62,563 nt of DNA from Deltaproteobacteria bacterium (GTDB lineage Bacteria > Myxococcota_A > Polyangia > Polyangiales > Houyiibacteriaceae), in assembly GCA_034670305.1 (NCBI GenBank), contig JAXMNT010000044.1, positions 1 through 62,563 on the forward strand, given 5' to 3'. A program made the position numbers and the translations under genes. This document shows, in pieces, positions 9,763 to 19,996 of the stretch. Position 1 is the first letter of the stretch. Every line of letters starts with the position of its first letter. Under the pieces are notes generated by a model, which did not search any database, was not told the origin of the DNA, and was given only the letters and a program-made list of their open reading frames with translations.

Positions 9763-10595
9763 TGAGCCAGATGAAGTCCGTGTTCCTACTGCTCTTGGTC
9801 TCATGCGGGGCCGACCTCGGTCTTGATCAGGGCCCACATTCTGTTGATTGGACTGAGCGACGCCGACAAATGAATGTGCGCGTTCTGGATGGATCCAATG
9901 CCGAACTGGAGGTAAGCCCGGAAGCGCTGTCGGCGGAAGTGCAGAACCACTGTCGAGTGGATTCGTTGGCCGGGATGGCCGACTGCGAGACCTTTGTCTG
10001 GGGCAATGGCCCGGTAGCGCCGGGTGTTCCGTACTCAGGATCTAGCTGCCGCCAGTCTGCGTGCATGGCGAGCCTAAAACTCTGTACTGCGAACCTTCTT
10101 CTCGAGATTGCCACAGCCGCAAACGATACGGTTGTCCAAGGCTCGACGGGACTCCTCACCGTCCCGCCCCAATCACGTCCCACCAGGACCGGTTTGGCAG
10201 AGTATGCCGCCTTAGTGTCCACTGAAGCAGTAGTGACGGCGGGGGATGGACTTCGGGCCGCGGCCACCACCGCTCTTGATGGCTCCGTCTGCCTGGCAAA
10301 CTCGCTCTCCGACGAGCTGTTTGAGAATGAGAGCGGAGAGAAGATCCTCGAAGGTGAAGTGCTTGTTGGCGCTCTCGTAGAGGCGATGGAAGCATCAGGT
10401 GCAGCCGGAGAGCTTGCGTTTGAAGGGAACGTGGCGGCCGCAGATCGGGTGCTAGCAGAGGAGACTTCGGAACGCCGAGGTCAGCAAGTCGCGTTCATGG
10501 GTCCTGTCTTGAGCCGATACCATGCCGCCGCTCTGCTCGTGGGTGGACCAACCGCACGTTCGATTTCCGATCCAGGCCCGAGCGCTTCGCGCTAG
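9762..10595 (+). CDS. Hypothetical lipoprotein, probably 3'-truncated
   Basis: ATG overlaps the upstream stop; lipobox LVSC. The last codons and the stop lie inside the palindromic element starting near 10567. Confidence 0.6.
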   Translation: MSQMKSVFLLLLVSCGADLGLDQGPHSVDWTERRRQMNVRVLDGSNAELEVSPEALSAEVQNHCRVDSLAGMADCETFVWGNGPVAPGVPYSGSSCRQSACMASLKLCTANLLLEIATAANDTVVQGSTGLLTVPPQSRPTRTGLAEYAALVSTEAVVTAGDGLRAAATTALDGSVCLANSLSDELFENESGEKILEGEVLVGALVEAMEASGAAGELAFEGNVAAADRVLAEETSERRGQQVAFMGPVLSRYHAAALLVGGPTARSISDPGPSASR

Positions 10596-10720
10596 CGCTT
10601 CGCGCGCTCCGTCCGGGGGACTCGCTCCTGGCACGCTTTTGAACGTGGTCTGAGGGTGTCGTTGGGTGGGTCGCGTCCTTGCTCGGCTCGTCGCTCGGTT
10701 CGCTCGGGCCGGGAATCGGG
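10567..10720. repeat. REP/REPIN-like inverted-repeat element downstream of the HUH transposase
   Basis: GGCCCGAGCG (10575-84) pairs with CGCTCGGGCC (10701-10), extending imperfectly outward (CCGATCCAGG/CCGGGAATCGG). Internal repeated AGCGCTTCGCGC motifs. Confidence 0.55.
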
Positions 10721-10837
10721 GTCCCGAACCTCTGTTTCGCTGGTTCTGCGTTCTTGCGTCTTGCTTCGGACGCAGGTGTGCGCGGCTCGGGCTGTTAGCC
10801 GGGCCGCGCTGTGGCTCTTGAAGCCCGCTGAGGTGGT

Positions 10838-12445
10838 TCAGTCGGGGTCTTCGTCGGCTCGAGGAGTTCCGCCTGGTCTGAGGAGGTCTCGGCGGACGGT
10901 GACTCGGTCGGTGTCGCTCAGGCCGGGACGGCTTCCGTAGCGGTCGCGGACGGGGTGGGGCGCCATCGGAGGTTGGATGCTCGGTCGCTTGGTGGCGCTC
11001 TTCTGCTCGTTCCGGTCCGTCGTGGCAGTGGGTGGTCCGTCGCCGACGGGAGGTGAGCTCGACTCCTTCGCGCTTCGTTCGCGGAGCTTGGCGTACATGG
11101 TGCCGTAGAAGTCGGACATATCGTCCGCCAACTCTTCTCGTTCGGCGAGTCGTTCATCATCACCGACGGCGCACCCAGCCACGACGACCACTTGCTTCGG
11201 CACCTCGCACTCGACGTACCGAGCGGCCCAGCCTTCATCGAAAACACCCGGCGCCAGGAAGTACGCCTCCCCACCCGGCGGCTCCGCTTCGTTGCGCCGC
11301 TCACGCACCGCCTTGTACGTGCCGTACGGATACACGATGTCAGGCTGTTTCGGTGAGTCGGCGTCGGCTTCTCCACAATGCTTCGGTTCCTGTTCACGAG
11401 CAGTGGTGTCCGGCGCCCGTTCTACTGCGCGAGCAGTGGTGTCCGGTGTCGGTTCTTGCTCCTGAGCGCCGCAGTCCGGTTCCCGCGCTTCGGCCAGCGC
11501 TCGTTCCCGCGCCTCGGCGAGTCTCCGCTTCCGTGCCTGCTTCACCCGCCGCGCGATCTGCGCGTTCTCTTCCAGCCGCACCTTCTCGTGCACTGCGCAG
11601 AACTGGTCGACCTCGGCCGCCACGAGCTCCCGCAGCCGCTTGCGCTCCCCGACGTCACCCGCGCCAATCATGACGAGCGGCTTGTTCGGACTCCACCGTT
11701 CGACGAGCGTGTTCGGCTCATCCCACGGATGCATCTTCTGATCGCCCAGCACCGGAAACGGTCGCATCGCAGCCAGCGCACGCTCCTGTGTGCGCGCATC
11801 GCTCCGCAGGTCCGCGACCATGCGTTTCGTGTCGCCGCCGTACGCGATGTACGCCGCCGGCGTCGGCCCGAACACGAGAATGACCTCCGCCGGAAACGAC
11901 GGGTCGAAGAACACGTCCGGCCGCTTCACCCGCAACCGGTACCCACCGATCCACTCGAGCGGCGTACACACCCCGTCGTAGTCCGCCGCCTTCTCACACA
12001 GCCCAGCCGCGACGGGGTTCAAGTACTGGTAGAGCACCTGCTTCAACTCCGCCGACCAATCCATCGTCCGCATGAACGAGATCTGCCGACCGTCGAAGAC
12101 CTGCCCAAGCCGCTGATACCCGCGCTTGGCCAGCAGCACGTTGATCGCCTTTGCGGTCCACGAGTGCGCTTTGCAGAAGATCCTCGGCGCCCTCCCCCGG
12201 ACGTCGGTGACCAACACATGCGGGTGGGTGCCCATCAAACAGATCTGATGGAACACCGCCTCTGAATCCCGGTCTCCCATGCCATCGTCCGCACCCAGCG
12301 CCGCCACCCCAAGCGAATACAAGTAGATCTGCGAGACCTGCGGGTCCCAGTTGCCGAGCGCGAACTTCCGCAAGTTCGTCCGCCGCGTCATCGCCAGCGT
12401 CTCCCCATGCACCCTCGCCCGCGGCCTCGTCACAACCGCCCTCAT
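10838..12445 (-). mobile_element. HUH (Y1) tyrosine transposase, REP-associated (RAYT-like), with long C-terminal extension
   Basis: ICLMGTHPHVLV (HUH), KAIN, GQVF and YQYLNPVAAGL (catalytic Tyr plus NPV.AGL). Flanked by palindromes. Start ATG at 12445 inferred. Confidence 0.8.
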
Positions 12446-12604
12446 CGGCTGCAGCCGAGCCTGAGTTGTCCGACACCCCGAGACCAGTAGCGCGGAGAAC
12501 GACCTACTCGGAGCGACGAGGCCGCGAAGACCGTGTGAGACACGCCGTCTCACGACCCAGACGGGGCGTTGGCGGCAGAGCCTTCGTGGGGACTACTCTC
12601 CCGC

Positions 12605-13459
12605 ATGAGCGAGAAGAGCTTCTTCGAAGTCCCGTCCAAGGCCCACGACCCTCACATCCTGAAGCGTGTGGCGATGCGGGCCACCGACGTGATCGTGAAC
12701 ACCGCGCCCAAGGCGGGCACCACATGGATGTGCCAGCTCCTGCATCAGTTGCGTACGGGCGGCGACGAGGACTTCGCGTCGATCTACGACGTGGTTCCCT
12801 GGCTCGAGTTCCCCGGCTGGCCGGAGCTGCCCACCGAGGAGCGGCTGGCCCGCTTCGAGGCGCTCCCGGATCCCCGGGTCTTCAAGGCGCACCTGCCCTA
12901 CAAGTACACGCCCGGCACCGGCAGAGCGAAGCACGTCATCGTGACGCGCGACCCTCGCGACTGCGCCATCAGCGCCTACCACCACATTCGAACCATGACC
13001 GACGAGTTCCTCGTACACCTCGGCGGCACGCGGCCGGAGGCCTTCGACCCGTGGTTCGACCGCTGGATCCAGGGGCCCTGGTTCGACCACCTCGCGAGCT
13101 GGTGGCCGCACCGGGACGACGAGCACGTGCTGCTGCTGCGCTTCGCCGACCTGAAGATGGACCTCTCGGCAGTCGTCGATCGGCTCGTCCGCTTCCTCGA
13201 CTGGGACGTCTCGGCTCGGGCGCGCGCGGAGGCCGAGCGCCTCGCCTCCTTCGACTGGATGAAAGCGAATGGCGACCGCTTCAAGCGCTTCTCCACCGAC
13301 GGTCCGCTGGCCTGGAAGCCCGAGGGCTTCATCCGTAAGGGCATCGTCGGCGAGCACCGCGCGACGCTCTCCGACGAACAAGAACGACGAGTGCTGCAGG
13401 CCGCCGCCGAGCGTCTGGATCCGGCTTGCGTCGCGTTCCTGGAGCTAACGCAGCTCTGA
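12605..13459 (+). CDS. PAPS-dependent sulfotransferase (Sulfotransfer_1)
   Basis: 5'-PSB motif TAPKAGTTW, KAHLP, 3'-PB motif RDPRDCAIS and C-terminal FIRKGIVG. Confidence 0.9.
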   Translation: MSEKSFFEVPSKAHDPHILKRVAMRATDVIVNTAPKAGTTWMCQLLHQLRTGGDEDFASIYDVVPWLEFPGWPELPTEERLARFEALPDPRVFKAHLPYKYTPGTGRAKHVIVTRDPRDCAISAYHHIRTMTDEFLVHLGGTRPEAFDPWFDRWIQGPWFDHLASWWPHRDDEHVLLLRFADLKMDLSAVVDRLVRFLDWDVSARARAEAERLASFDWMKANGDRFKRFSTDGPLAWKPEGFIRKGIVGEHRATLSDEQERRVLQAAAERLDPACVAFLELTQL

Positions 13460-13736
13460 GCCTCGTGATCGACGCGGCCACCTGCCAATCTCCATCGATG
13501 GGAAGGGTCTTCGCTTGCACTCGCTCGAGCGCGTCTGGGCCGTCGCCGGATGACGTCTGGGCCAGCCATCATCGACTTCGACGGAACGATCTGCCCGTCC
13601 CACTCGAGTAGCTCGGCACCTCGCCGGCCGCGATGAGAGTGACCCGTCCCGGGTGCTCGCTCTCAGGTTGGCCGAACGCGTCCGTGCCGCAGGAACGCAG
13701 GAACCCCGCGAGAGACCAGCCATTCGGCAAGAGACG

Positions 13737-14195
13737 CTATGCGGTGGCGAGGCTGCCGAAGGGCGGGTGGGTCTCGAGGAGACGCTGGCGCCAGAGGTCG
13801 GCGATCGTGGTCGCGTAGTCGCGTTTCACGACGCGGCAGGGAAGGGGCGGCGGACGACCGACGAGCGCGCCGCGGAGGATGCCGCGGTCGACGGGATCGA
13901 TCTGCTCGAACCGAATGCCCCAGCCTCGACCTCGGTCGCCGTCGCGCAGGCCGCGGATGTACCGGACGATGACCCCTTCGGCGTCGATCCATGAGACCCC
14001 GCCGGGGACTTTGAGGGAGACGAAGACGGTCTCACCGATGTCGGCGAGCGCCTCGCTCTGAAGCAATAGGCCTTCGTCGGAGACGTCGAGGGTGCGTTCG
14101 CCGAGGAGGCGAAAACCGTCCTCGGCCACGACCTGACACTCGGTGTGGGCGTCGCGACGGACACTCTGGCGGCGAAGCTCTGGGAGGATGAACAT
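13737..14195 (-). CDS. PilZ-domain (c-di-GMP-binding) protein
   Basis: RRQSVRR (RxxxR) and DVSDEG (D/NxSxxG) motifs; GIRF strand. Confidence 0.8.
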   Translation of the reverse strand: MFILPELRRQSVRRDAHTECQVVAEDGFRLLGERTLDVSDEGLLLQSEALADIGETVFVSLKVPGGVSWIDAEGVIVRYIRGLRDGDRGRGWGIRFEQIDPVDRGILRGALVGRPPPLPCRVVKRDYATTIADLWRQRLLETHPPFGSLATA

Positions 14196-14423
14196 GGGGG
14201 CGATCTCCTTGTGGTCCGTAGGATCACATGTGCGCCCATGTAGGCAAAGAAAACGACACGTCCTGCGTGGCCGGGATGCCAGAGGAACGCCCGGGCCCGC
14301 GGCTCTTGACGTGTCGGAGCCGACCCCGCACCGTGGCTCCACGTTTTTCGACCGTTGCGCACTGAGCGGAGCGGACCGCATGGCGGGGATCTTCCAGACA
14401 GCAACGAACGCGTGGGGGCTGAG

Positions 14424-15788
14424 ATGGGCGCGAAGGTGACCTTGGAAGTGGTGGAGGGAACGGTCGAGGGGTCGCAGACCCGGTTCGAGTTCGACCGACG
14501 CGACATCTTCATCTTCGGACGGCATCCCGACTGTCATGCCCGCCTCCCGGAGGGCAACAGCACCGCTTCGCGGCATCATTTCGTACTCGACGTGAGTCCG
14601 CCGAACCTCAGCATCCGCGACCTTGGCAGCTACAACGGAACCTGGGTGAACGGCGTCAAGTACGGCGGCCGCAAGAAAGGGGAGGGGCCCGAGCTGTCGG
14701 GCGGTCGTACCTTTCCCGACGTGCCGCTTCACGACGGCGACACGATTCGGGTGGGACAGACCCACTTCAAGGTGCACGTCCAAGACGACCGACCCGCGGT
14801 GGCCGAGACCGCTTGGGAGGACGGCGCCCCGGCGGAGAGCGAGGTGCCGGCGGCGCTCGCGGGCACCGATCCGGGTGAGGTCTTGCGTGCCCTCGCGCAG
14901 AAGGAGACTCGGAAGGCCGGCGACGATGTCGTGGGGTTCCACGTGCAGCGTGAGCTGGGCCGAGGCGGCATGGGCGCGGTCTACCTCGCCGAAAGGGAGC
15001 GGGACGGGCGTCAGGTCGCGCTCAAGATCATGCTGGCCCACGTCGCGGTGCAGCAGACCGCCCGTCAACTCTTCGCGCGGGAGTGCCACAACGCCGAGCA
15101 GCTGCGGCACCCGAGCATCGTCGAACTGATCGAACACGACTCGGTGGGCGGAGCGTTCTGGTGCGCGCTCGAGTTCTGTGCGGCGGGGAGCGTCCGCGAT
15201 CGCATGACGAAGCTCGGTGGCAGGCTGCCGCTGGAGGAGGCGGGGCCCTTGATGCTCGACGTGCTTCGTGGTCTCGAATACGCGCACCACGCGGAGGTGG
15301 ACGTCGTGCTCGCGGATGGCACCCAGACCCGCGCGGTCGGCGTGGTTCACCGGGACCTCAAGCCCGAGAACCTGCTCGTCGTAGAGGGCCCACGGGGCCT
15401 CGCCGCGAAGATCACCGACTTCGGTTTGGCGAAGGCATTCGACACGGCCGGCTTGTCGGGTGTGACGGGCGGGGGCGCGGGCGGCACACCGCCCTACATG
15501 CCGCGTGAACAGGTCACCAACTTTGTCCGCGTGCGGCCGGTGAGCGATGTCTGGGCCGCTGCGGCGACGTTCTACTCGATGATCACGGGCGCGTATGTAC
15601 GCGACTTCGTCGCCGGCAAGGACGTGTTGCTCCAGGTGTTGCAACACCCCGTGGTGCCGCTTCGACAGCGCGACGCCAGCCTTCCGGTGGGCGTCGACCG
15701 TGTCCTCGCGCAGGCGCTGGAAGAAGACCCCAACAACCGGATCCCAACGGCGCGCGCGTTCCACGACGAGCTCGCCGCGGTGCTCTGA
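14424..15788 (+). CDS. FHA-domain Ser/Thr protein kinase
   Basis: FHA motifs FGR, ASRHH and DLGSYNGTWVNG; kinase motifs GRGGMGAV, VALK, HRDLKPEN, DFG and PYMPRE. Confidence 0.92.
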   Translation: MGAKVTLEVVEGTVEGSQTRFEFDRRDIFIFGRHPDCHARLPEGNSTASRHHFVLDVSPPNLSIRDLGSYNGTWVNGVKYGGRKKGEGPELSGGRTFPDVPLHDGDTIRVGQTHFKVHVQDDRPAVAETAWEDGAPAESEVPAALAGTDPGEVLRALAQKETRKAGDDVVGFHVQRELGRGGMGAVYLAERERDGRQVALKIMLAHVAVQQTARQLFARECHNAEQLRHPSIVELIEHDSVGGAFWCALEFCAAGSVRDRMTKLGGRLPLEEAGPLMLDVLRGLEYAHHAEVDVVLADGTQTRAVGVVHRDLKPENLLVVEGPRGLAAKITDFGLAKAFDTAGLSGVTGGGAGGTPPYMPREQVTNFVRVRPVSDVWAAAATFYSMITGAYVRDFVAGKDVLLQVLQHPVVPLRQRDASLPVGVDRVLAQALEEDPNNRIPTARAFHDELAAVL

Positions 15789-15798
15789 GGAAGCGGAT

Positions 15799-17010
15799 CT
15801 ACGGGGAGGGCAAGACTGCGGACAGCGCGTCGAAGAGCGCCGCGCCGTCGGGCGGCCGGTCTGCCGGATCTCGGGCAAGCGCCCCGTCGAGCACGGCTTG
15901 AAGCGCCGGCGGCAGCCAGGGTGCGCATCGTGAGATCGGGATCACGGGGCACTCGATCACATAGAGCACCCCCACCATCGATGGTGGACACGGCCCCCGC
16001 GGCACCTGGCCCGTGAGCAACTCGTAGAACGTGGCCGCCATGGAGAACACGTCGGACGATGGACCGATCCGTTTGAAGTCTTCGAGCTGTTCGACCGGCG
16101 CATACTCGAGCGTGCAGCCGAACTCGCCGGTCGCCGTGAGTGCGTCCGCGCCCGAGTCGAGGAAGCTCTTGGCCAGTCCGAAGTCGGCGATGCGTACGGA
16201 CCCCCGATGCAGCAGCAGGTTCTCCGGCTTCAGATCCCGATGCACGATGCCGTGTGCATGACCGAACGCGAGGCCTTCGGCGGCTTGACGCATGAGAGGC
16301 GCTGCGTCCTCGAGCGAGAGCGTGCGCGTCGGCTGTGCGTCCAGCCGATCGGCGAGGCTTCCACCGTCGCACAGGTCGGTCACCAGCCAGTGCAATCCAC
16401 CCACGCTGCCGTGGTCGAGCAAGGGCAACACGAAGGGGTGCTGCAGCGACTTCATGACCTCGACTTCCTGGCGGAAGCGACCGGCGACCTGACGGTTCGA
16501 CGCGAGGTCGGCGTGAAGCAGCTTGAGGGCGACCGAGTGTCCGTCGCGCCGCCGCGTGGCACGGAAGACGGTGGCCATGCCGCCTTCACCGAGACCGCCC
16601 GAGATTTCGTAGGCGGTGATGTCTCCGAAGACTTCCGTCTGCGGCCCGGCTTCGAAGAGGAGTGTCCGCGCGTAACCGGGACTCGTGCGAAGCAACTGCA
16701 CGTCCAAGGACGACGGAGGCATCGCCCGCAGGAGCATGCGGGTCGCGCCGGCGTCCAGCACATCCCCCGCCCGCAGTGAGCTCGAGCCCGAGGGCCGACC
16801 GTTGACCAACACACGTCCCTCCAGCAACTCCAGCCTCACGGCGTTTTCGGAATCGGTGTGGAGCCGAAGGTGGCGTGCGGCAACGCCATCGTCGGTAAGG
16901 GGGAGATCGCATTCGGGATCCGCGCCAAGCACCCAGCGGCGACCGTCGTGCAGACGCAACACCTGGCCAGCCCGCGAACCGCGGATGAACTCGAGCAGGA
17001 ACAGCGACAT
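15799..17010 (-). CDS. FHA-domain Ser/Thr protein kinase
   Basis: Degenerate FHA (LG..., VAARH, VLVNG); GEGGMATV, VALK, HRDLKPEN, DFG and YAPVE. Confidence 0.9.
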   Translation of the reverse strand: MSLFLLEFIRGSRAGQVLRLHDGRRWVLGADPECDLPLTDDGVAARHLRLHTDSENAVRLELLEGRVLVNGRPSGSSSLRAGDVLDAGATRMLLRAMPPSSLDVQLLRTSPGYARTLLFEAGPQTEVFGDITAYEISGGLGEGGMATVFRATRRRDGHSVALKLLHADLASNRQVAGRFRQEVEVMKSLQHPFVLPLLDHGSVGGLHWLVTDLCDGGSLADRLDAQPTRTLSLEDAAPLMRQAAEGLAFGHAHGIVHRDLKPENLLLHRGSVRIADFGLAKSFLDSGADALTATGEFGCTLEYAPVEQLEDFKRIGPSSDVFSMAATFYELLTGQVPRGPCPPSMVGVLYVIECPVIPISRCAPWLPPALQAVLDGALARDPADRPPDGAALFDALSAVLPSP

Positions 17011-17055
17011 AGGCCAGGGTACCAAGGCGGAATGGCTCTTTGATATGCTCGACCG

Positions 17056-18993
17056 GTGGGCGGCCGCGGACATCCCCTTGGATCCACCGTGGGAGAGGCG
17101 CTCGCGGTGGCGCTGGAGAGCGCGCGCGTCGTCGCCCGAGCCCATTCGGTCGGACAGCTGCACGGTGCGCTTTCCCCGAGCCGCATTCGGCCGGGTGCGC
17201 CCGTTGAAGTACAGCAGGCAGCATCCAGCGAACCGAATCCCTCGGATCCGTTCGCGATGTGCTGGAGTCCGCCGCGCTGGGACGGTGCGGAGCCATCCCT
17301 CGCCGACGACGTGTTCGCATTGGCGATGGTGGTTGCGCTCACCCTCAGCCCGACCTCCTCTACTTGGTCGTTCACGGACGCGTACGTTCGGTGGTCCATG
17401 GGTCTGCCAGTGGTGCCTGACTTGCGGGCGCTCGGCGTTTCCGACGCCGTTGCGTCGGTGCTCGAAGACGCGCTCTCTCCAAGCGCGCGTGTCTCCGACG
17501 CTGGTGCGCTCGCAGATGCACTCGAAGGCGCAGGGTTGCCTCATGCGCTCCCGGCGGACGTCCTCTCGCGGCGTCTCACGAAGCCGGGCCACGAGGAGTT
17601 CCTCGAGGCAGCGGAAGACACGGTAGGGGTCGAGCCCGACGAGTTTATCGATCGCATGGCGACCGCAGGGCGTCGCCGGAAGCGTGCGTTGCTCGGCGTT
17701 GGACTCGGCATGATCGGACTGGTTGGTGTCGGCTACCAGCAGGGCGTACACGAGGAAGGCACCGGGCTCAGCGTTGTGTCCGCGGACTTGGATGTGGGTA
17801 CGGTCGAACTCGCCTTCGCGCGTTTCGGTTTCTCGGTCGCGGGCGAAGACACGGAAGAGACCATCGAACTCGAGGACGAGAACGGCCAACCCGTCGGACG
17901 ACTCCCCCTCCTGTTCGCGCGCTACGCGCTCTCGATCGACTCGGTGGAGACCTCGGGAGTCTCGAGCCTTCGGTGGCGCCTGGAGTCTCACGGAGACGAG
18001 ATCGCGAGCGGCGACGCGGAGCCGGAGTTTCCGACCGACCGTCCGGACGAAGCGGGCCTGGCACTGCTGTCCGTCGCCACCGACGTCGGCCGCATCCTCT
18101 GCGAGGCCGAGGTCGAACCAGGCTCGCCCTTGGGGGAGGCATGCAGCGACCTTCGGAGCGAGGACGCGGCACCGGTCCGGGCCTGCTGGGAAGACCGCAG
18201 ACGGGTGCTGTCCGACGGGCTCGAAGCGCGATGCTACGACGACCCATGCGCGCGGTCGCTTGTGGCCATCGGGGTGGGGCCCGACTCCAGGGTGGTGGCC
18301 CGTCGGACGTACGGCCGAGAGATGTTGAGCCGTGAAGGGGCCATGGAGCGGTTCTGGTACTCCGACCTGGTGGTCGCATCTCCCGACGCCCAACCCGAGC
18401 GCTTGGCGTGGCTGCATCGAGACGTTCCGGACGCGGTGGAGGGGGGCGTCGTCGGCTGGATGGATGTCGACCACCGCGAGGCCTTCGCTCGCGTGTGGCC
18501 GGAAGACGCGTGCGAGGTCTCGCCCGATCCGACCCTTCGCTGGCGCGAAGAGAGAGCGGTCTATTCGGTTCTCGGGCCGGGGTTCGAGGTGGAGGTGGGC
18601 CGCCGGGAGGGAGGCTGGCAGGTGGTGCTCCAGGTGGGGGAGGAGACGATCGAGGGACCGGTCCGACCCGACGTGGTGGAGGGCCTTGCGGTCGGCCCCA
18701 CCAGCGCTTGGTTGCTCGTCGAGCACCCCGACCACTGTGCGTGGATGGAAGTGGACGTCCGCGCGCGGAGCTTCCGGGAAGTCCCAGCCGGGTGCAGGGT
18801 CGCGGGAGCGCGGGTGGCACCGGATGGCGCGTTGGTCGCTGTGTCCGACCACCTCCACCACATCACAAAGGGTGGCGGTCTGGAGACCGTGGATGGTTTC
18901 GAGGTCACCGGTCTCCACGGACATTGCAATGAGTGGAGCCTCGTCCGGACCCACGAGGGCGCGTTCTGTGCGGTCCGCGCGTACGCGAGATGA
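17056..18993 (+). CDS. Membrane protein with degenerate kinase-like N-terminal domain and large extracytoplasmic C-terminal region
   Basis: LHGALSPSRI (catalytic-loop remnant), WSPP and DDVFALAMVV; RRRKR followed by a TM helix. Start uncertain. Confidence 0.55.
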   Translation: MGGRGHPLGSTVGEALAVALESARVVARAHSVGQLHGALSPSRIRPGAPVEVQQAASSEPNPSDPFAMCWSPPRWDGAEPSLADDVFALAMVVALTLSPTSSTWSFTDAYVRWSMGLPVVPDLRALGVSDAVASVLEDALSPSARVSDAGALADALEGAGLPHALPADVLSRRLTKPGHEEFLEAAEDTVGVEPDEFIDRMATAGRRRKRALLGVGLGMIGLVGVGYQQGVHEEGTGLSVVSADLDVGTVELAFARFGFSVAGEDTEETIELEDENGQPVGRLPLLFARYALSIDSVETSGVSSLRWRLESHGDEIASGDAEPEFPTDRPDEAGLALLSVATDVGRILCEAEVEPGSPLGEACSDLRSEDAAPVRACWEDRRRVLSDGLEARCYDDPCARSLVAIGVGPDSRVVARRTYGREMLSREGAMERFWYSDLVVASPDAQPERLAWLHRDVPDAVEGGVVGWMDVDHREAFARVWPEDACEVSPDPTLRWREERAVYSVLGPGFEVEVGRREGGWQVVLQVGEETIEGPVRPDVVEGLAVGPTSAWLLVEHPDHCAWMEVDVRARSFREVPAGCRVAGARVAPDGALVAVSDHLHHITKGGGLETVDGFEVTGLHGHCNEWSLVRTHEGAFCAVRAYAR

Positions 18994-18996
18994 ACC

Positions 18997-19971
18997 ATGA
19001 GTGAAATCCAGTGGGTCGCTGTCGTCTTGCTCGCGGTGGTCGTGATCGGTGCGGTCGCTTTCGCGTGGCGGGTCGTCATCCGGCAGTTCGATCCCGTGGG
19101 CGGGGACAGTTGGCCGAAGACCATCGCGGTGATGGTTCTCTCCTTCGCGCTGCGGGGTGGTCGGAACGCCATCAGCGAGGAACTCCTTCGAGTGCGCGGC
19201 GGGTACTTCTTTCAGCAGGGCCCAGGCACCGAAGAGTACGCCTGGGTCGTGGCGATGTGGGTCGGCGGGATCGTCCTCGAAGCGCTCTTGATCAAGTGGC
19301 TCTACCGGATCCGCTTCTGGGGTGCGATCGGCGCGTCGCTCATGTGGGGGATCGTCACCAGCCTACTCATCTTCCTCGCGACGATGATGTTGCTCGCGGC
19401 GACCGTCACGCTGGTTTCGCTGGTCGTCGGCATCGCCGCCGAACCGGTGCTCGCGATCGCGCTTCTCTGCGCGCTCGTCTTCGGACTGCTCGGGTTTCCT
19501 CTCGCATCGAAGATGTTGGCGCGCCGGCTCTGGAGAGGGGCACCCGTGCGACCGCCGCTGGTCGCTGTCGGTGGCCGCCTCTCCCGCGCCATGCAGCCCG
19601 CCCCAGGACTCGCAGGGTTGTTGAGCGCATGGTTCCTCGCACCCGCGGCCCTGGGCGTCTTGCTGGTCGCGTTGGCTTCGGAGGCGCCGGGGATCGTCGA
19701 GGCGGGCGGGGTGACGGTGGGGCTGCTCACCCCCATCGTGATTCTGAGTGCGCTCTCGAGTGCGCTCTCCGCGCGCTCCTTCATTCGCGAGACCATGGCC
19801 CGTCGAGGGCAGGAGGTCCGTTATGCGCGCCGGTTCGCGCTCGTCGGAACGCCGCTCCGGCAGCTCCATCAGAGAAACGCCAAACGCCTCCGCACCGTCG
19901 GCCTCGTCGCGCTGGGCGCGGCCGGTGTGCTCACGGTTATTGTGCTGGTCGCCATCCGAGGGCTGACATGA
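18997..19971 (+). CDS. Multi-pass membrane protein, unknown function
   Basis: Many hydrophobic segments; operon-like spacing with neighbours. Confidence 0.7.
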   Translation: MSEIQWVAVVLLAVVVIGAVAFAWRVVIRQFDPVGGDSWPKTIAVMVLSFALRGGRNAISEELLRVRGGYFFQQGPGTEEYAWVVAMWVGGIVLEALLIKWLYRIRFWGAIGASLMWGIVTSLLIFLATMMLLAATVTLVSLVVGIAAEPVLAIALLCALVFGLLGFPLASKMLARRLWRGAPVRPPLVAVGGRLSRAMQPAPGLAGLLSAWFLAPAALGVLLVALASEAPGIVEAGGVTVGLLTPIVILSALSSALSARSFIRETMARRGQEVRYARRFALVGTPLRQLHQRNAKRLRTVGLVALGAAGVLTVIVLVAIRGLT

Positions 19972-19996
19972 CCGCCGGTCGGACTTCACGACGAGG

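Noticed and set aside
10629-10643. Sigma-54 promoter-like TGGCACG motif (also TGGCAC near 49637)
   Set aside because: No GC at the required -12 spacing from the GG.
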